Shown here piece after piece: positions 11,293-23,800 of a DNA stretch of 33,681 nucleotides. The position numbers and the translations under genes are program-made. This stretch comes from Octopus bimaculoides. Lineage: Eukaryota. The stretch covers positions 54,742,859 through 54,776,539 of the forward strand of contig NC_068994.1 in assembly GCF_001194135.2 (NCBI RefSeq), given 5' to 3'. The notes under the pieces are model-generated. The model was not told the origin of the DNA and did not search any database. It saw only the letters and a program-made list of their open reading frames with translations. How positions within the stretch are numbered: the first letter of the stretch is position 1; each line of letters starts with the position of its first letter.

Positions 11293-14200
11293 NNNNNNNN
11301 NNNNNNNNNNNNNNNNNNNNNNNNNNNNNNNNNNNNNNNNNNNNNNNNNNNNNNNNNNNNNNNNNNNNNNNNNNNNNNNNNNNNNNNNNNNNNNNNNNNN
11401 NNNNNNNNNNNNNNNNNNNNNNNNNNNNNNNNNNNNNNNNNNNNNNNNNNNNNNNNNNNNNNNNNNNNNNNNNNNNNNNNNNNNNNNNNNNNNNNNNNNN
11501 NNNNNNNNNNNNNNNNNNNNNNNNNNNNNNNNNNNNNNNNNNNNNNNNNNNNNNNNNNNNNNNNNNNNNNNNNNNNNNNNNNNNNNNNNNNNNNNNNNNN
11601 NNNNNNNNNNNNNNNNNNNNNNNNNNNNNNNNNNNNNNNNNNNNNNNNNNNNNNNNNNNNNNNNNNNNNNNNNNNNNNNNNNNNNNNNNNNNNNNNNNNN
11701 NNNNNNNNNNNNNNNNNNNNNNNNNNNNNNNNNNNNNNNNNNNNNNNNNNNNNNNNNNNNNNNNNNNNNNNNNNNNNNNNNNNNNNNNNNNNNNNNNNNN
11801 NNNNNNAAAAGCTCAAAGACAATATAATGTATTGGTATAGTTATTTTTTTATATATTATTTTCTTCATTTTGTACTTCTTTGTAAAAAACATTTTCATTC
11901 TCCTTCTTGAAAATTTGCTTCTTTATTAAAACATGCTTCCAATTTGAAATCTTTATTAAAATATGCTTCCAATTTAGCATTCTGCCTTATTCTTCATTTT
12001 CCTATTATTTCTCCATGTGCGGTTAACACAACCCCACTATTTACTGACTTATATATATGTGTGTGTGTGTGTGTATGTGTATTTACATATAGATACAGAG
12101 AGAGAGCGAGAAAGCCTATATATATGAATCTTTAGGTGGGGAAATTTTAAAACAATGTATGTGTATGTATATCTTTTTATCTTTTCATTACAGCTTATAT
12201 CTACTTTACTAATCAATATAATCCCAAAGAACAAGCCTTTAATTACAATGGAAAGCACATCAAAGATTCCAGAAAGGGTAGGTCTTTGGAATTTATATGC
12301 ATGCGCAAACACAAAATATATTTAATCACTCTTCCAGCTAATGTAGAATACGCAAATTAGTTTAGCCATTTCTTGTGTTTGTGTTTGATTTAAATAGTGA
12401 TTGCGATCAAGTTCTGTTAGTGAGCAGAAGTGTAATGGTTCCTGTGCTCTGTGGATAATCTCCATATATTTTTATGCATGTGAAGAGATGTATTTACTTT
12501 TGTTTACTTGCCACATCATAAGCAATATAAACCATAAACACTCTGCACTACATTTGTTTGGTGGTTTCGTGTTTAGTCCCACTGCTCAACAACTTGGGCA
12601 AGTATCTTCTTTTCATGACCCAGGCCAACCAGTAGAGGGGAAACTGAAAGAAGCCTATTGTGTGTGTGTACTCTTTTATTTTTGTTTCAGTCATTTGACT
12701 GCGGCCATGCTGGAGCACTGCCTTTAGTCAAACAAATTGACTCCAGGACTCATTCTTTGTAAGCCTGGTACTTATTCTCTCAATACCTGTCGTATATGTA
12801 TATATGTGTGTGTCTGTGTGTGTCCCCACTACCATCGCTTGACAACTGATGCTTGAAACTTAGCGGTTTGGCAAAAGAGACCGATAGAATAAGTACTAGG
12901 CTTACAAAGAATGAGTCCTGGGGTCAATTTCTTCAATTAAAGGTGGTGCTCCAGCATGGCCACAGTCAAATGACTGAAACAAATAAAAGAGTAAAAGAGA
13001 GGTTAAAATCCAAGCTGGGCCTTCTTGATTCACATCTGCTTATTCCAGTTTTCCAAAAATTCCTCTGTAGATTTCATATTTGTGTGAGTTATGCATCAGA
13101 GTTGGGAAATACTGGGAAATATGTTTTTGGAAAGTAATTCAAAGGTCAAAATGGGACTGAAAAATATTTTTGGANNNNNNNNNNNNNNNNNNNNNNNNNN
13201 NNNNNNNNNNNNNNNNNNNNNNNNNNNNNNNNNNNNNNNNNNNNNNNNNNNNNNNNNNNNNNNNNNNNNNNNNNNNNNNNNNNNNNNNNNNNNNNNNNNN
13301 NNNNNNNNNNNNNNNNNNNNNNNNNNNNNNNNNNNNNNNNNNNNNNNNNNNNNNNNNNNNNNNNNNNNNNNNNNNNNNNNNNNNNNNNNNNNNNNNNNNN
13401 NNNNNNNNNNNNNNNNNNNNNNNNNNNNNNNNNNNNNNNNNNNNNNNNNNNNNNNNNNNNNNNNNNNNNNNNNNNNNNNNNNNNNNNNNNNNNNNNNNNN
13501 NNNNNNNNNNNNNNNNNNNNNNNNNNNNNNNNNNNNNNNNNNNNNNNNNNNNNNNNNNNNNNNNNNNNNNNNNNNNNNNNNNNNNNNNNNNNNNNNNNNN
13601 NNNNNNNNNNNNNNNNNNNTTGTGTGTTTGTACTTGTGTCTAATCCATGCAAAAAAAAAATGGACACTGAATGAATGAACAAAATTGAGAGACATCAGCT
13701 TGTTGTGAGCCTGTGACTATCCATTATGATTTCTTAATGTTCCTTATTCTTTCACAGCTTTGGAATTCAAAAGACCATTTTGTTGCATCAATAAGTAGAG
13801 CTCTTTCACAAGAAATGGGGGAGAGCAGTGTTATAATCCGAGACAGTGAATTGCTGTGTGGTGTCCTGGATAAAAGCCAGTACGGATCAACGGCATATGG
13901 ATTAGTACACTGTTGTTATGAGGTAAGAGTGTGTTATGGTATTATGTTTCTAAGAGCAATTTCCTTTTTTTTTTTTTAGCTATAACCTGTTGTTGATATA
14001 TTGTTTGAATCTAATCATCTTTATCTCCCTTTCCAGCTCTACCCCCACCTACTTCCATTCACCCGTATAATTCAGGGGGTACTTATGTATCCAGCAAGAA
14101 ACCTGTTCCTGTCACTTCTGTCATACTTTAATATCTCAACACCTGGCATAAGGCTACCATGCTCTCTACTGCCGTTCGATCCAGTCAAGAGGGATTTTAG

Positions 14201-17200
14201 TCTTGCATGTTATTTGGGTGATCTCTCTAGTAACGTGGTTGGCATTAGGAAGAGCATCCAGCTGTAGAAATCATGCCATAGGCAGACATTAGAGCTCAAT
14301 GCAATCCTCTCTCTCTCACTGGATCTTGTCAAACCAGCCAATCCATGCCAATAACGAAGAAACATGTTAAATGATGGTTGTGGTAGCAGAGGGCTGTTAT
14401 ACTGCTGATGGCTGGTTCTTAAGTTTCACTTGAGCCACATTCCATCCCGTCGTTGATCCGTAAGACACAGGAGTACACCCCCAGCAATGATAAATCGCAA
14501 GGACCAATAGTAGTCACATTGTGACGATGTAGATTTTACACTTCCACTGTGGCTGTCACCAGATTCCATAGATTTTCAGAATTACCGTGGAAAGTATCTA
14601 ACCTCTCCAGATTGATACATTGCACCCAATTTAATTAACTACATATCATGTTGGAATAAACAGGTGACCGCGTGTGCATCGTTGGCGATTTTCTTTCTCT
14701 GTCTTCCTTTCTTTGGACTTTTCCTATATTTCTGGTGAAGAGCTCCGCTCGAAATGTGAAATCCTCTTTCTTTTCTTTCCTTTCCTGAGCATCCAATAAC
14801 ACTATACTTATTCCACGTCCTCGCGTTGTTGTTTTTTTGTGTTTTTTCCTGCTTGTTCATGTTTGAATTGACTATATATANNNNNNNNNNNNNNNNNNNN
14901 NNNNNNNNNNNNNNNNNNNNNNNNNNNNNNNNNNNNNNNNNNNNNNNNNNNNNNNNNNNNNNNNNNNNNNNNNNNNNNNNNNNNNNNNNNNNNNNNNNNN
15001 NNNNNNNNNNNNNNNNNNNNNNNNNNNNNNNNNNNNNNNNNNNNNNNNNNNNNNNNNNNNNNNNNNNNNNNNNNNNNNNNNNNNNNNNNNNNNNNNNNNN
15101 NNNNNNNNNNNNNNNNNNNNNNNNNNNNNNNNNNNNNNNNNNNNNNNNNNNNNNNNNNNNNNNNNNNNNNNNNNNNNNNNNNNNNNNNNNNNNNNNNNNN
15201 NNNNNNNNNNNNNNNNNNNNNNNNNNNNNNNNNNNNNNNNNNNNNNNNNNNNNNNNNNNNNNNNNNNNNNNNNNNNNNNNNNNNNNNNNNNNNNNNNNNN
15301 NNNNNNNNNNNNNNNNNNNNNNNNNNNNNNNNNNNNNNNNNNNNNNNNNNNNNNNNNNNNNNNNNNNNNNNNNNNNNNNNNNNNNNNNNNNNNNNNNNNN
15401 NNNNNNNNNNNNNNNNNNNNNNNNNNNNNNNNNNNNNNNNNNNNNNNNNNNNNNNNNNNNNNNNNNNNNNNNNNNNNNNNNNNNNNNNNNNNNNNNNNNN
15501 NNNNNNNNNNNNNNNNNNNNNNNNNNNNNNNNNNNNNNNNNNNNNNNNNNNNNNNNNNNNNNNNNNNNNNNNNNNNNNNNNNNNNNNNNNNNNNNNNNNN
15601 NNNNNNNNNNNNNNNNNNNNNNNNNNNNNNNNNNNNNNNNNNNNNNNNNNNNNNNNNNNNNNNNNNNNNNNNNNNNNNNNNNNNNNNNNNNNNNNNNNNN
15701 NNNNNNNNNNNNNNNNNNNNNNNNNNNNNNNNNNNNNNNNNNNNNNNNNNNNNNNNNNNNNNNNNNNNNNNNNNNNNNNNNNNNNNNNNNNNNNNNNNNN
15801 NNNNNCATAGATATACTTAGCATTATCGTATTAAGGATTGCCACAGGTGTACCCAAGTTACTCCTTTACGTTGCTCTTTTCCAGAAGCCCCTCCTCATTT
15901 AAATAATGTTTTTTTCTTCTGAATCTTCCTTCACAGAACTGCATTCTTTTGATGCTTCCTCTATGCTCATTAGGGTGGACCAAAAAATGCAACTTTCAAA
16001 ACTGGTAACCACGAATTGATATTTTGTTGCAAACTAGAGTTTAAAGAAAGGTGTATAGAGAACTTTGCAGTTAAATATATTTTCAGGCTCTGCAATGCAA
16101 TTGAAAATTTTTTAAATTGCTATTTTTGGTCGAATTTTGGATTTCATGGATTATAAGTCATATTGAATACATATTTCTACATAGCAGAATGCAAAACAGT
16201 AAATATAGTATCCTTAAGAGGTTGAATACCAAGTTTCAATACAATTGACTAATATCCTGAAGTTCCGCATTGACTATAAAGAAAACGGGAGTGTGAACTC
16301 CTCTCCAGTGTCGCCGCAATGGTCGTTGCATGTGGACGTACATGTGTGAAGTTTACTGCTTTGTACCTTGACTTTAGGCCATTGTATTAAAATTAACGAT
16401 TGTGTTAAATTTAGTGATGACAACCATAGAACCATAGAATCCGTGCCAAAACAGACAATTGGAACCTGCTGCAGCCTCTGGTTTTACCAGCTTCAGTCAA
16501 GCCATCCAATCCATGCCAGCATGGAAAATAGAGATTAAATGATGATGACATGTGTGTGTGTATTTATATGTGTCATCTCACAAGCATTGCTTATTGATTT
16601 TTTTTTAGGCTGATCAGAAACGCAAGAATTTTATTGATTATATCAAAAGCTATGATATCGACAGATCAAGAGAAGAACTGCAAGTGGTGGTTGGTGAAAG
16701 TACCAAGTCTGTTTCTGAAATTGTCTTTGGAAACAATCCAATGCTTATTGCAGAATTGGACAAGAAAGTGAAGAAAATCACCAACGATGTACAGAACAAC
16801 TTGTTACGGTAAATCTTTCTTTTTCATCGCAGAATGTTAGGAGAAAATTTGTATAAAGATGTAAGGAATTGTCTTTAACTGTTCTCTCTAATTCTTAACT
16901 CTTTCTAAATTCCTTCTCACCTCAGAACCATTATGCCATCTGGTCTGCTTGTCAAGTTCCCTGACAATAATCTTCAGTTGATGGTCAATGCCGGTGCCAA
17001 AGGATCTTCGGTAAGTATCAAATAATGATTGTCACAAAATTGTTAAACCTATGTTTCTCTTTTTCATCACACTTTTGACTCTGAAGTTGTTCCCATAGCC
17101 CCCACTCCCAACATTTAGCATTCATTTTATTCCATCAACTGTAATGCTTATTTCTTCACATTGTTTTGAATTGATCATCCATTATTTCATAGCTTTCAGA

Positions 17201-17807
17201 TTCTGTTGATCCAACTGTTTATTCTTAGAATAACATTGTAGGGTAGGCATGAGAGGCTGGATCTGGCCTATTTGCACATGAAACCGATCGGATGTTTGGA
17301 CTAGATATATCCAGTTTAAATGTCAAAGGGTTAGAATCAAATTTAAGTCCTGGGGTTGGTTTGCTCGACTAAAAGTGGTGTTCCAGCATGGCCGCTGTCA
17401 AATGACTGAAACAAGTAAAAGAATAAAAGAAATGTATATATATACACATATACACAATTCTTAATCAGATATATATTTAGTTTGTATTCCTGGTTGTGTT
17501 TATTTCAATTCACTTACGCTGTTAACTCCTTTGGTACCTACCATTCCATTTGCTTTCCTCTCTTATATAATTTCATCTTTCCAGGTGAACGCTATGCAAA
17601 TGTCCTGTCTTCTGGGCCAAATTGAATTGGAAGGACGAAGACCACCAATGATGCCAAGTGGCCGTTTCTTGCCATCATTTCTACAGTATGACATTTCTCC
17701 CAAGGCTGGTGGCTTCATTACTGGCCGTTTCACGACAGGAATTTCACCTCAGGAATACTTTGTCCATTGTATGGCCGGCAGAGAGGTGAGTGTCAAAGAG
17801 TCTATGT

Positions 17808-17847
<40 letters not shown>

Positions 17848-20800
17848 CATCTGCTTTCCATGCTGTCATGGGTTGGACAGGCTGACAGATGCTGGAGAGC
17901 TGCACCAGACTCCAGTCTGATTTGGCATGGTTTGTCCATCTAGATGCCCTCCCTAACGCCAACCACCTTATAGAGTGTCCTTGGTGCTTTTTACATCATA
18001 AATTAGCAAGGATTAAAAAAAAGGAAAATGCTTAAATAAATTTGACTTTTCTTTGTAAATTGTAATTTCTCTTTGTGTGTGTGTGTTACTTCTGTCAAGC
18101 CATGTGTTCCTTCCATTTTCTCTTCCTTAGGGTCTCATTGATACCGCTGTAAAAACCAGTCATTCGGGATACCTTCAACGTTGCTTAGTTAAGCATTTAG
18201 AGAGCCTCATCGTTAATTATGACCTCACAGTCAGAGACAGTGACGGCAGTGTTATTCAGGTAAGACTCATTCTATTCTCTGTCTGTCTGTTTCATTCTTG
18301 TAGAATTTCTTCTGGAGCAGAGATGGGTGGAGAGAAATGTTCAGAAATTAATTTTTACCTCTACTACCCATCTTTCTAGCATTAGATATGTTTGTTAGGC
18401 AAGAGCTCGAGCATTGCAGAATAGTTTACTTCCTAATCTTGAGGTTCTGGGTTACATCACACTCACATGGCCCTTTCAGCAAGCATTTTCAACTATTTCT
18501 ACTTTGATCCAACCCAAGCCTTAGGAGAGAAATTAGGTGGGCAAGGGGTATGTGGAAATATTTTGCTGCAGATATTGAACCTGTTAACCCATGTTTGCCC
18601 ATAAAAAAATGAAGTCTTAAAGTTTCACTGTATTTAGATTAAACATTATGGTAAGCTTTCACAATCTGGAAGAGAAGGACAGTTTGCAACTGTTAGCTAC
18701 GGCGTCGACTACCTACTAAGCATTTCGGAAGAAGTTTTCGTTGTTGAATCTGAGGCGAACAATGCAAGAAATTCTAATGTTATTAACCCTGCCTGATATA
18801 TTTGTTTATACTTGGTATCTGATTTGATCTCACTTTCTTCAGTTTTATTATGGTGAAGACAGCCTGGATGTAACCAAGACTCAGTTTATTAACGAGAATC
18901 ACTTCCCGATGCTGATCAAGAATCGTGCTTCCATCTTAAACCTACAGATGCCTCTTAAAGGAGCTGACAGCAACTTCAGCTGCCGTCAGATACAAAACGA
19001 AGTAAGATTTATTTTTGTGCTTGGATTTGTTTTATTATGTTCGTTTTGTTGTTTTTTTTTTTATTCTGAATGTGCTTGCAGCATTTATCAGGTCCAGTCA
19101 TCATCATCATCGTTTCATGTCTGTTTTCCATGCTGGCATGGGTTGGACAGCTTGACCGAGGTCTGGAGAGCCAGCGGCTGCACCAGGCCCCAATTTGATC
19201 TGGCAATGTTTCTACAGCTGGATGCCCTTCGTAACGCCAACCACTCCAAGAGTGTAGTGGGTGCTTTTTACGTGCCACTGGCACAGGAGCCAGTCAGGCG
19301 GGCCTGGCATCAATCATGTTTGGATCGTGCTTTTTATGTGCCACCAGCACGGGGGCCAGTCAGGGGGTAGTATTGTTATCAGCCACGTTTGGTTGGTGCT
19401 TTTTATGTGCCAGCATAATAATGCTGTAAAACAACCAATATGTCCTGTAAAGTAGTTGGCTTTAAGAAGGGGTTCTGGCTGTAGAAACTTTCCCAAAGCA
19501 GGCATCAGAGTGTGACACAGTCCTTTGGTTTATTGAAAACAGTGACATTGTCCAACCCATGCCTGCATCGAAAATGGATGTTAAACAATGAGGACAATGA
19601 TGATGATGATGGTGCAGGCATGGTTTTGTAGCCAAGAAGGTTGCTTCCAAACCATTTGACTTCACGTTCTGTCCCTCTTCATGGCACTCTGAGCTGGTGT
19701 CTTCTACTACAGCTCCAGCCTGACCAAAGAAGCCTGTTATGTGTGTGTGTATTGACATGCATGGAAGTTTATAATGTTTATTTCTCTGCACCTTTTTCCT
19801 GACACTTTTAGGGCAACAGAAATGTTGTTTACATGTGCAAACACTTTATCTTACAGTTTGGCAATTTTAACATTTAATGGTTTGTGGAATGAAAATGAAT
19901 TCACATTGTTTGAAAAATGTGTTGGGTTGGTAACAGGATAGGTACCCTATCTTAGAATATTGCCTCAGCAAGGAAAAGACCAAACAGGTGTAAAAGCAAT
20001 GATAATAGCATGCTTTAAATATGCTCCCGCCATTTTTCATCCATCTGTCATTGTTGTTATGTTAGAAATATTTTTTGTTCTTCTTTTTCTTCAGATTTAT
20101 AAAGTCAGGCAACAGACTGACTCCCTCCCAAAGTATTCGGCTGACAGAAGTGCATTCTTGAGATTCTGCAAGAAAAAACAGGAAGACCTTGAAGTGCCAG
20201 ATAACATTTCTCGTATGGCAGGACGTTCTTTGAAAAGCACCTACCTGTGCAGTCTGTGGTACAACATGAGTGAGAAACGACGCCAAAAGTAAGTAGATGC
20301 TGTCACTGGCCCCATGCACTCACTAAGTACAAAACAGCAATATTGGCGCCAAGCGGTCATGAAGAATAAATGAACTTTGGGTTAGTTAGATTGTGTTTGT
20401 GAGATATTTTAACTTCTGAAGGCAAATTTACTGCAGTGGAGAAAAAATTCTCCTTTATGGTAAAAGGTTCACTATTTGCCCAGTTCTTCCCTCTAGCAGA
20501 TTCCCAGACAAGCATTTATAACCACTGGGCCATTGCACTTCCACGGAAGTTGAAATATGTCACAGACATATCTTAACTAACCTAAAGCTCATGAATACAA
20601 AATAGTGCAGTGCCCCCCTCCCTATCCTGTTGTAAATAGGTGATATTTACTATTGTGCAGTGTACTTAATTTATGACAATTTCATATAATTTTCATTCTT
20701 CTTTGTCAGGTTTCAGAAGAAGGTTGTGTCCTGTCCAGATCCTGTTTTGTCTAAGACTTGGCCTTATACTCAGCAAGGTGCCATCTCTGAAGAAATATAC

Positions 20801-23800
20801 AAAATGGCAAAGGATTTCCGTTCCAAATCTGAAAATTCAGTTAGTATAGTGAAAGTCTATTATCACTTCACATTTTTTCTATTTTCCAGTGTTGCAGTCC
20901 TTAGCAATTATTGGCTGAAAATTTATGTGCACACTTATATATATTATGGAATTTCCCAAGTACTAAACTAATACACCTGTCTTTGTCTTTTGTTTTTGTG
21001 TAAATTCCAACTTTTATATTTATGTATGTGTGTGTGTGTCATCATTATCATCATCACTTAGCATTTGTTGTCCATGCTGGCATGGGTTGGATGGTTTGAT
21101 GAGGGCTGGCAAGGTTTCAGAGATGCACATATCATCAGCCACTAAGGGACATGCTCAACTGGTTATAGTCAAACAATTGGCAAGCAAATCTATGGTATTG
21201 AGCAGAATATTTACACCAAGACATGTTAACTTTGCACCAGACATGATGACATCACAATCAGTTAAAATCAGAAGCCATGAGAGCCACTGGATGGTACTGC
21301 TACATTGTCGTCGTCGTCATCATCATCATCGTTATTATAATTATTATTTTATCATCCTTTTTGCTGTTGTTATTAGCATAGGATATGCCCACCAGGACAA
21401 GCTGAGACTAAAGAGACTCTTACGGAAGAAAACTTTGAGAAACTGATAAATTACAAATTTATACAATGTATGGTGGACCCTGGAGAAGCTGTTGGCTTGA
21501 TTTCATCTCAGGTACTTCTTTTGTTTACCTCTTTGTATTGTCGTGGGTCCCCCTTGCCCCATCTTCCTGAAGAAATAAAATTGCTCTTATGAGTCAACAG
21601 ACCCTTCCAAAATCCTATCCCCTTTGCATACATTCCCCACCAACTAGTCAATCAACCACGTTTTCAATCCTTTCCTGACAGTATTGCTAATGAAAGGCAC
21701 AAAGTACTTTAATTAATTGTGAAAATAATCAAGAATCTAGAAGGGGTTTATTAATGAACACTTTCACTTATTACTTCTTGTTGTTCTTGTCGTCGTCGTC
21801 ACTGTTGAGACTCGGCTCAACTCTCAACAAGTTGATCTACCAAATTCATTCTGAAGATTTTAGTCAACCTGGGGTTATAATAGAAGATGCTTTACCTCAT
21901 CAAAATCTCAAAGCTACAAGATAATGCCTCATTAATCTAAAACAATGTAAACAACGTTTGACAAAGTAATCTGAATACTAAAGGGTTAATTAGCTAATTA
22001 ATAAATTAATTAATTTTTTTTAGTCAATTGGTGAGCCATCAACTCAGATGACACTGAACACATTCCACTTTGCTGGTCTTGGAGAGATGAACGTCACTCT
22101 GGGTATCCCTCGTCTCCGTGAGATTCTCTTTGGTGCCAAGCATATGAAGACTCCTACAATGGACATTCCTGTCTTAGACACAGACTTCGCCAGGGCTGAA
22201 GCCAAAAAGCTGCAGATGAAGTTAAATCCTGTTGCGCTCAGCCAGGTAAATACGCCTCTCTCTCTCTCTCTCTCCCTCTCTCTCTCCCCCTCTCATAATC
22301 TTTTAACAAAGAGCCTCCAAGATTCACCAATTCTAAATCCTATGCCTGCCTCTTCCTGCTCTGCCTCCTCTTACTAATTTAGAAAAGTGATAACACTCCT
22401 GTTGCTTAAATACACACACTTATTATTTTTTTTTATTTGTTTCGGTCTTTTGACTATGGCTATGCTGGAGCAAAACCTTTAGTTGAACAAATTGACCCCA
22501 GGACATATTCTTTCTAAACCTAGTACTTATTCTATCGGTTTCTTTTACTGAACCACTAAGTTACAGGGATGTAAACACACCAGCATTGGTTGTCAAATGA
22601 TGGTGGGGTGACAAACACAGACACACAAACACACACACACACATATATATATACGATGGGCTTCTTTCAGTTTCCGTCTACCAAATCCACTCACAAGGCT
22701 TTGGTCGGCCCGAGGCTATAGTAGAAGACACTGTCTTCTATTATTACCTCAGACTGACCAAAACTTGTGAGTGGATTTGGTAGATGGAAACTGAAAGAAG
22801 CCCGTCATATGTGTGTGTCTGTATTTCTCCTCCCACCCACCACTGCTTGGTTTTGAGAACTGGTTTTGGTGTGTTTACCTCCCCATAACTTGGCGGTTTG
22901 GCAAAAGAGACTGACAGAATAAGTCCTGGAATTCTTATTTTTCTTCAACTAAAACTCTTCAAGGTATTGTCCCAGCATGGTCGCAGTCTAATAATTGAAA
23001 CAATTAAAAGATAAAAGATGTTGGGTTGCAGTGGATGAGGTTTCTGTAGCCAGGTAGTTGCTGGCACCAAGCTCACTGCTCCTGTTTCTCAACGGTTTGG
23101 CATTCAAATGATAATAAACAGGCAGGGGTCAGCTAATTATGAGAGCAGTGAGAGTGACACCAGTACATAACTGGTATTTTATATTAATCAGCCCCAGACG
23201 GATAAAAGACAAAGTTGACTTTGGCAAGATTTGAACTCAGAAAAGAAAGGATTGGAGCAAACACAACAAGGCATTGATCCATTGAGTCGGCTAACAGTTC
23301 TGCCATTCCAGTACCTTCATGAACTGAGCACTTGACCTCCAAAGCTGCTGGGTTAGAAGACGATTACATTTGTTGTTTCACAATAATAGATCTTGTAGGT
23401 CTCGGTATGGTGCCAACTGTTCTTCTATATATGAGCTGGTCAAGAGAAAAGAAGCTGGACCCAGCTATAGTTTCTACAAGCCATGGTTGATGCTGTGCTC
23501 TACCAGAACATACGTTGGTCTTTGTCTGCTGTGAAAATGTGAGTGAAAGGACCAGGGAGTCTTGTATGAATGTGAGCAGTAGTGGACAGTAAAGGAACCA
23601 AGGTGTCTAACGTTGTGAGCTCCACTAAAGGTGCATAAGTGCCAGGTGATGGTTGCGTTATTAAAACAGGTGTAAGGGAGGGCTTAGTTGTTTGATTCAT
23701 GCTTCTTTTCTATTGTTAAACTTTTAATGTTTCTCTTTTTCAGGTGTTAGAAAAGGTAGATGTTACAGATCGGATTGAGATGTCATCTGGGTAAGTAAAC

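Noticed and set aside
14035-14160. AG-preceded frame [30 protein letters not shown], faintly like the missing exon (VLTCLARLF)
   Set aside because: It lacks YGG and GFT.G..DIL, has no suitable donor, and runs into a SINE; the resemblance is most likely chance.
11038-15902. Long ORFs in the track (up to 405 aa)
   Set aside because: They are artefacts of translating through N-gaps.
19259-19410. CRISPR-like regularly spaced repeats
   Set aside because: The 'spacers' resemble each other, the array lies inside a eukaryotic SINE, and there are no cas genes.
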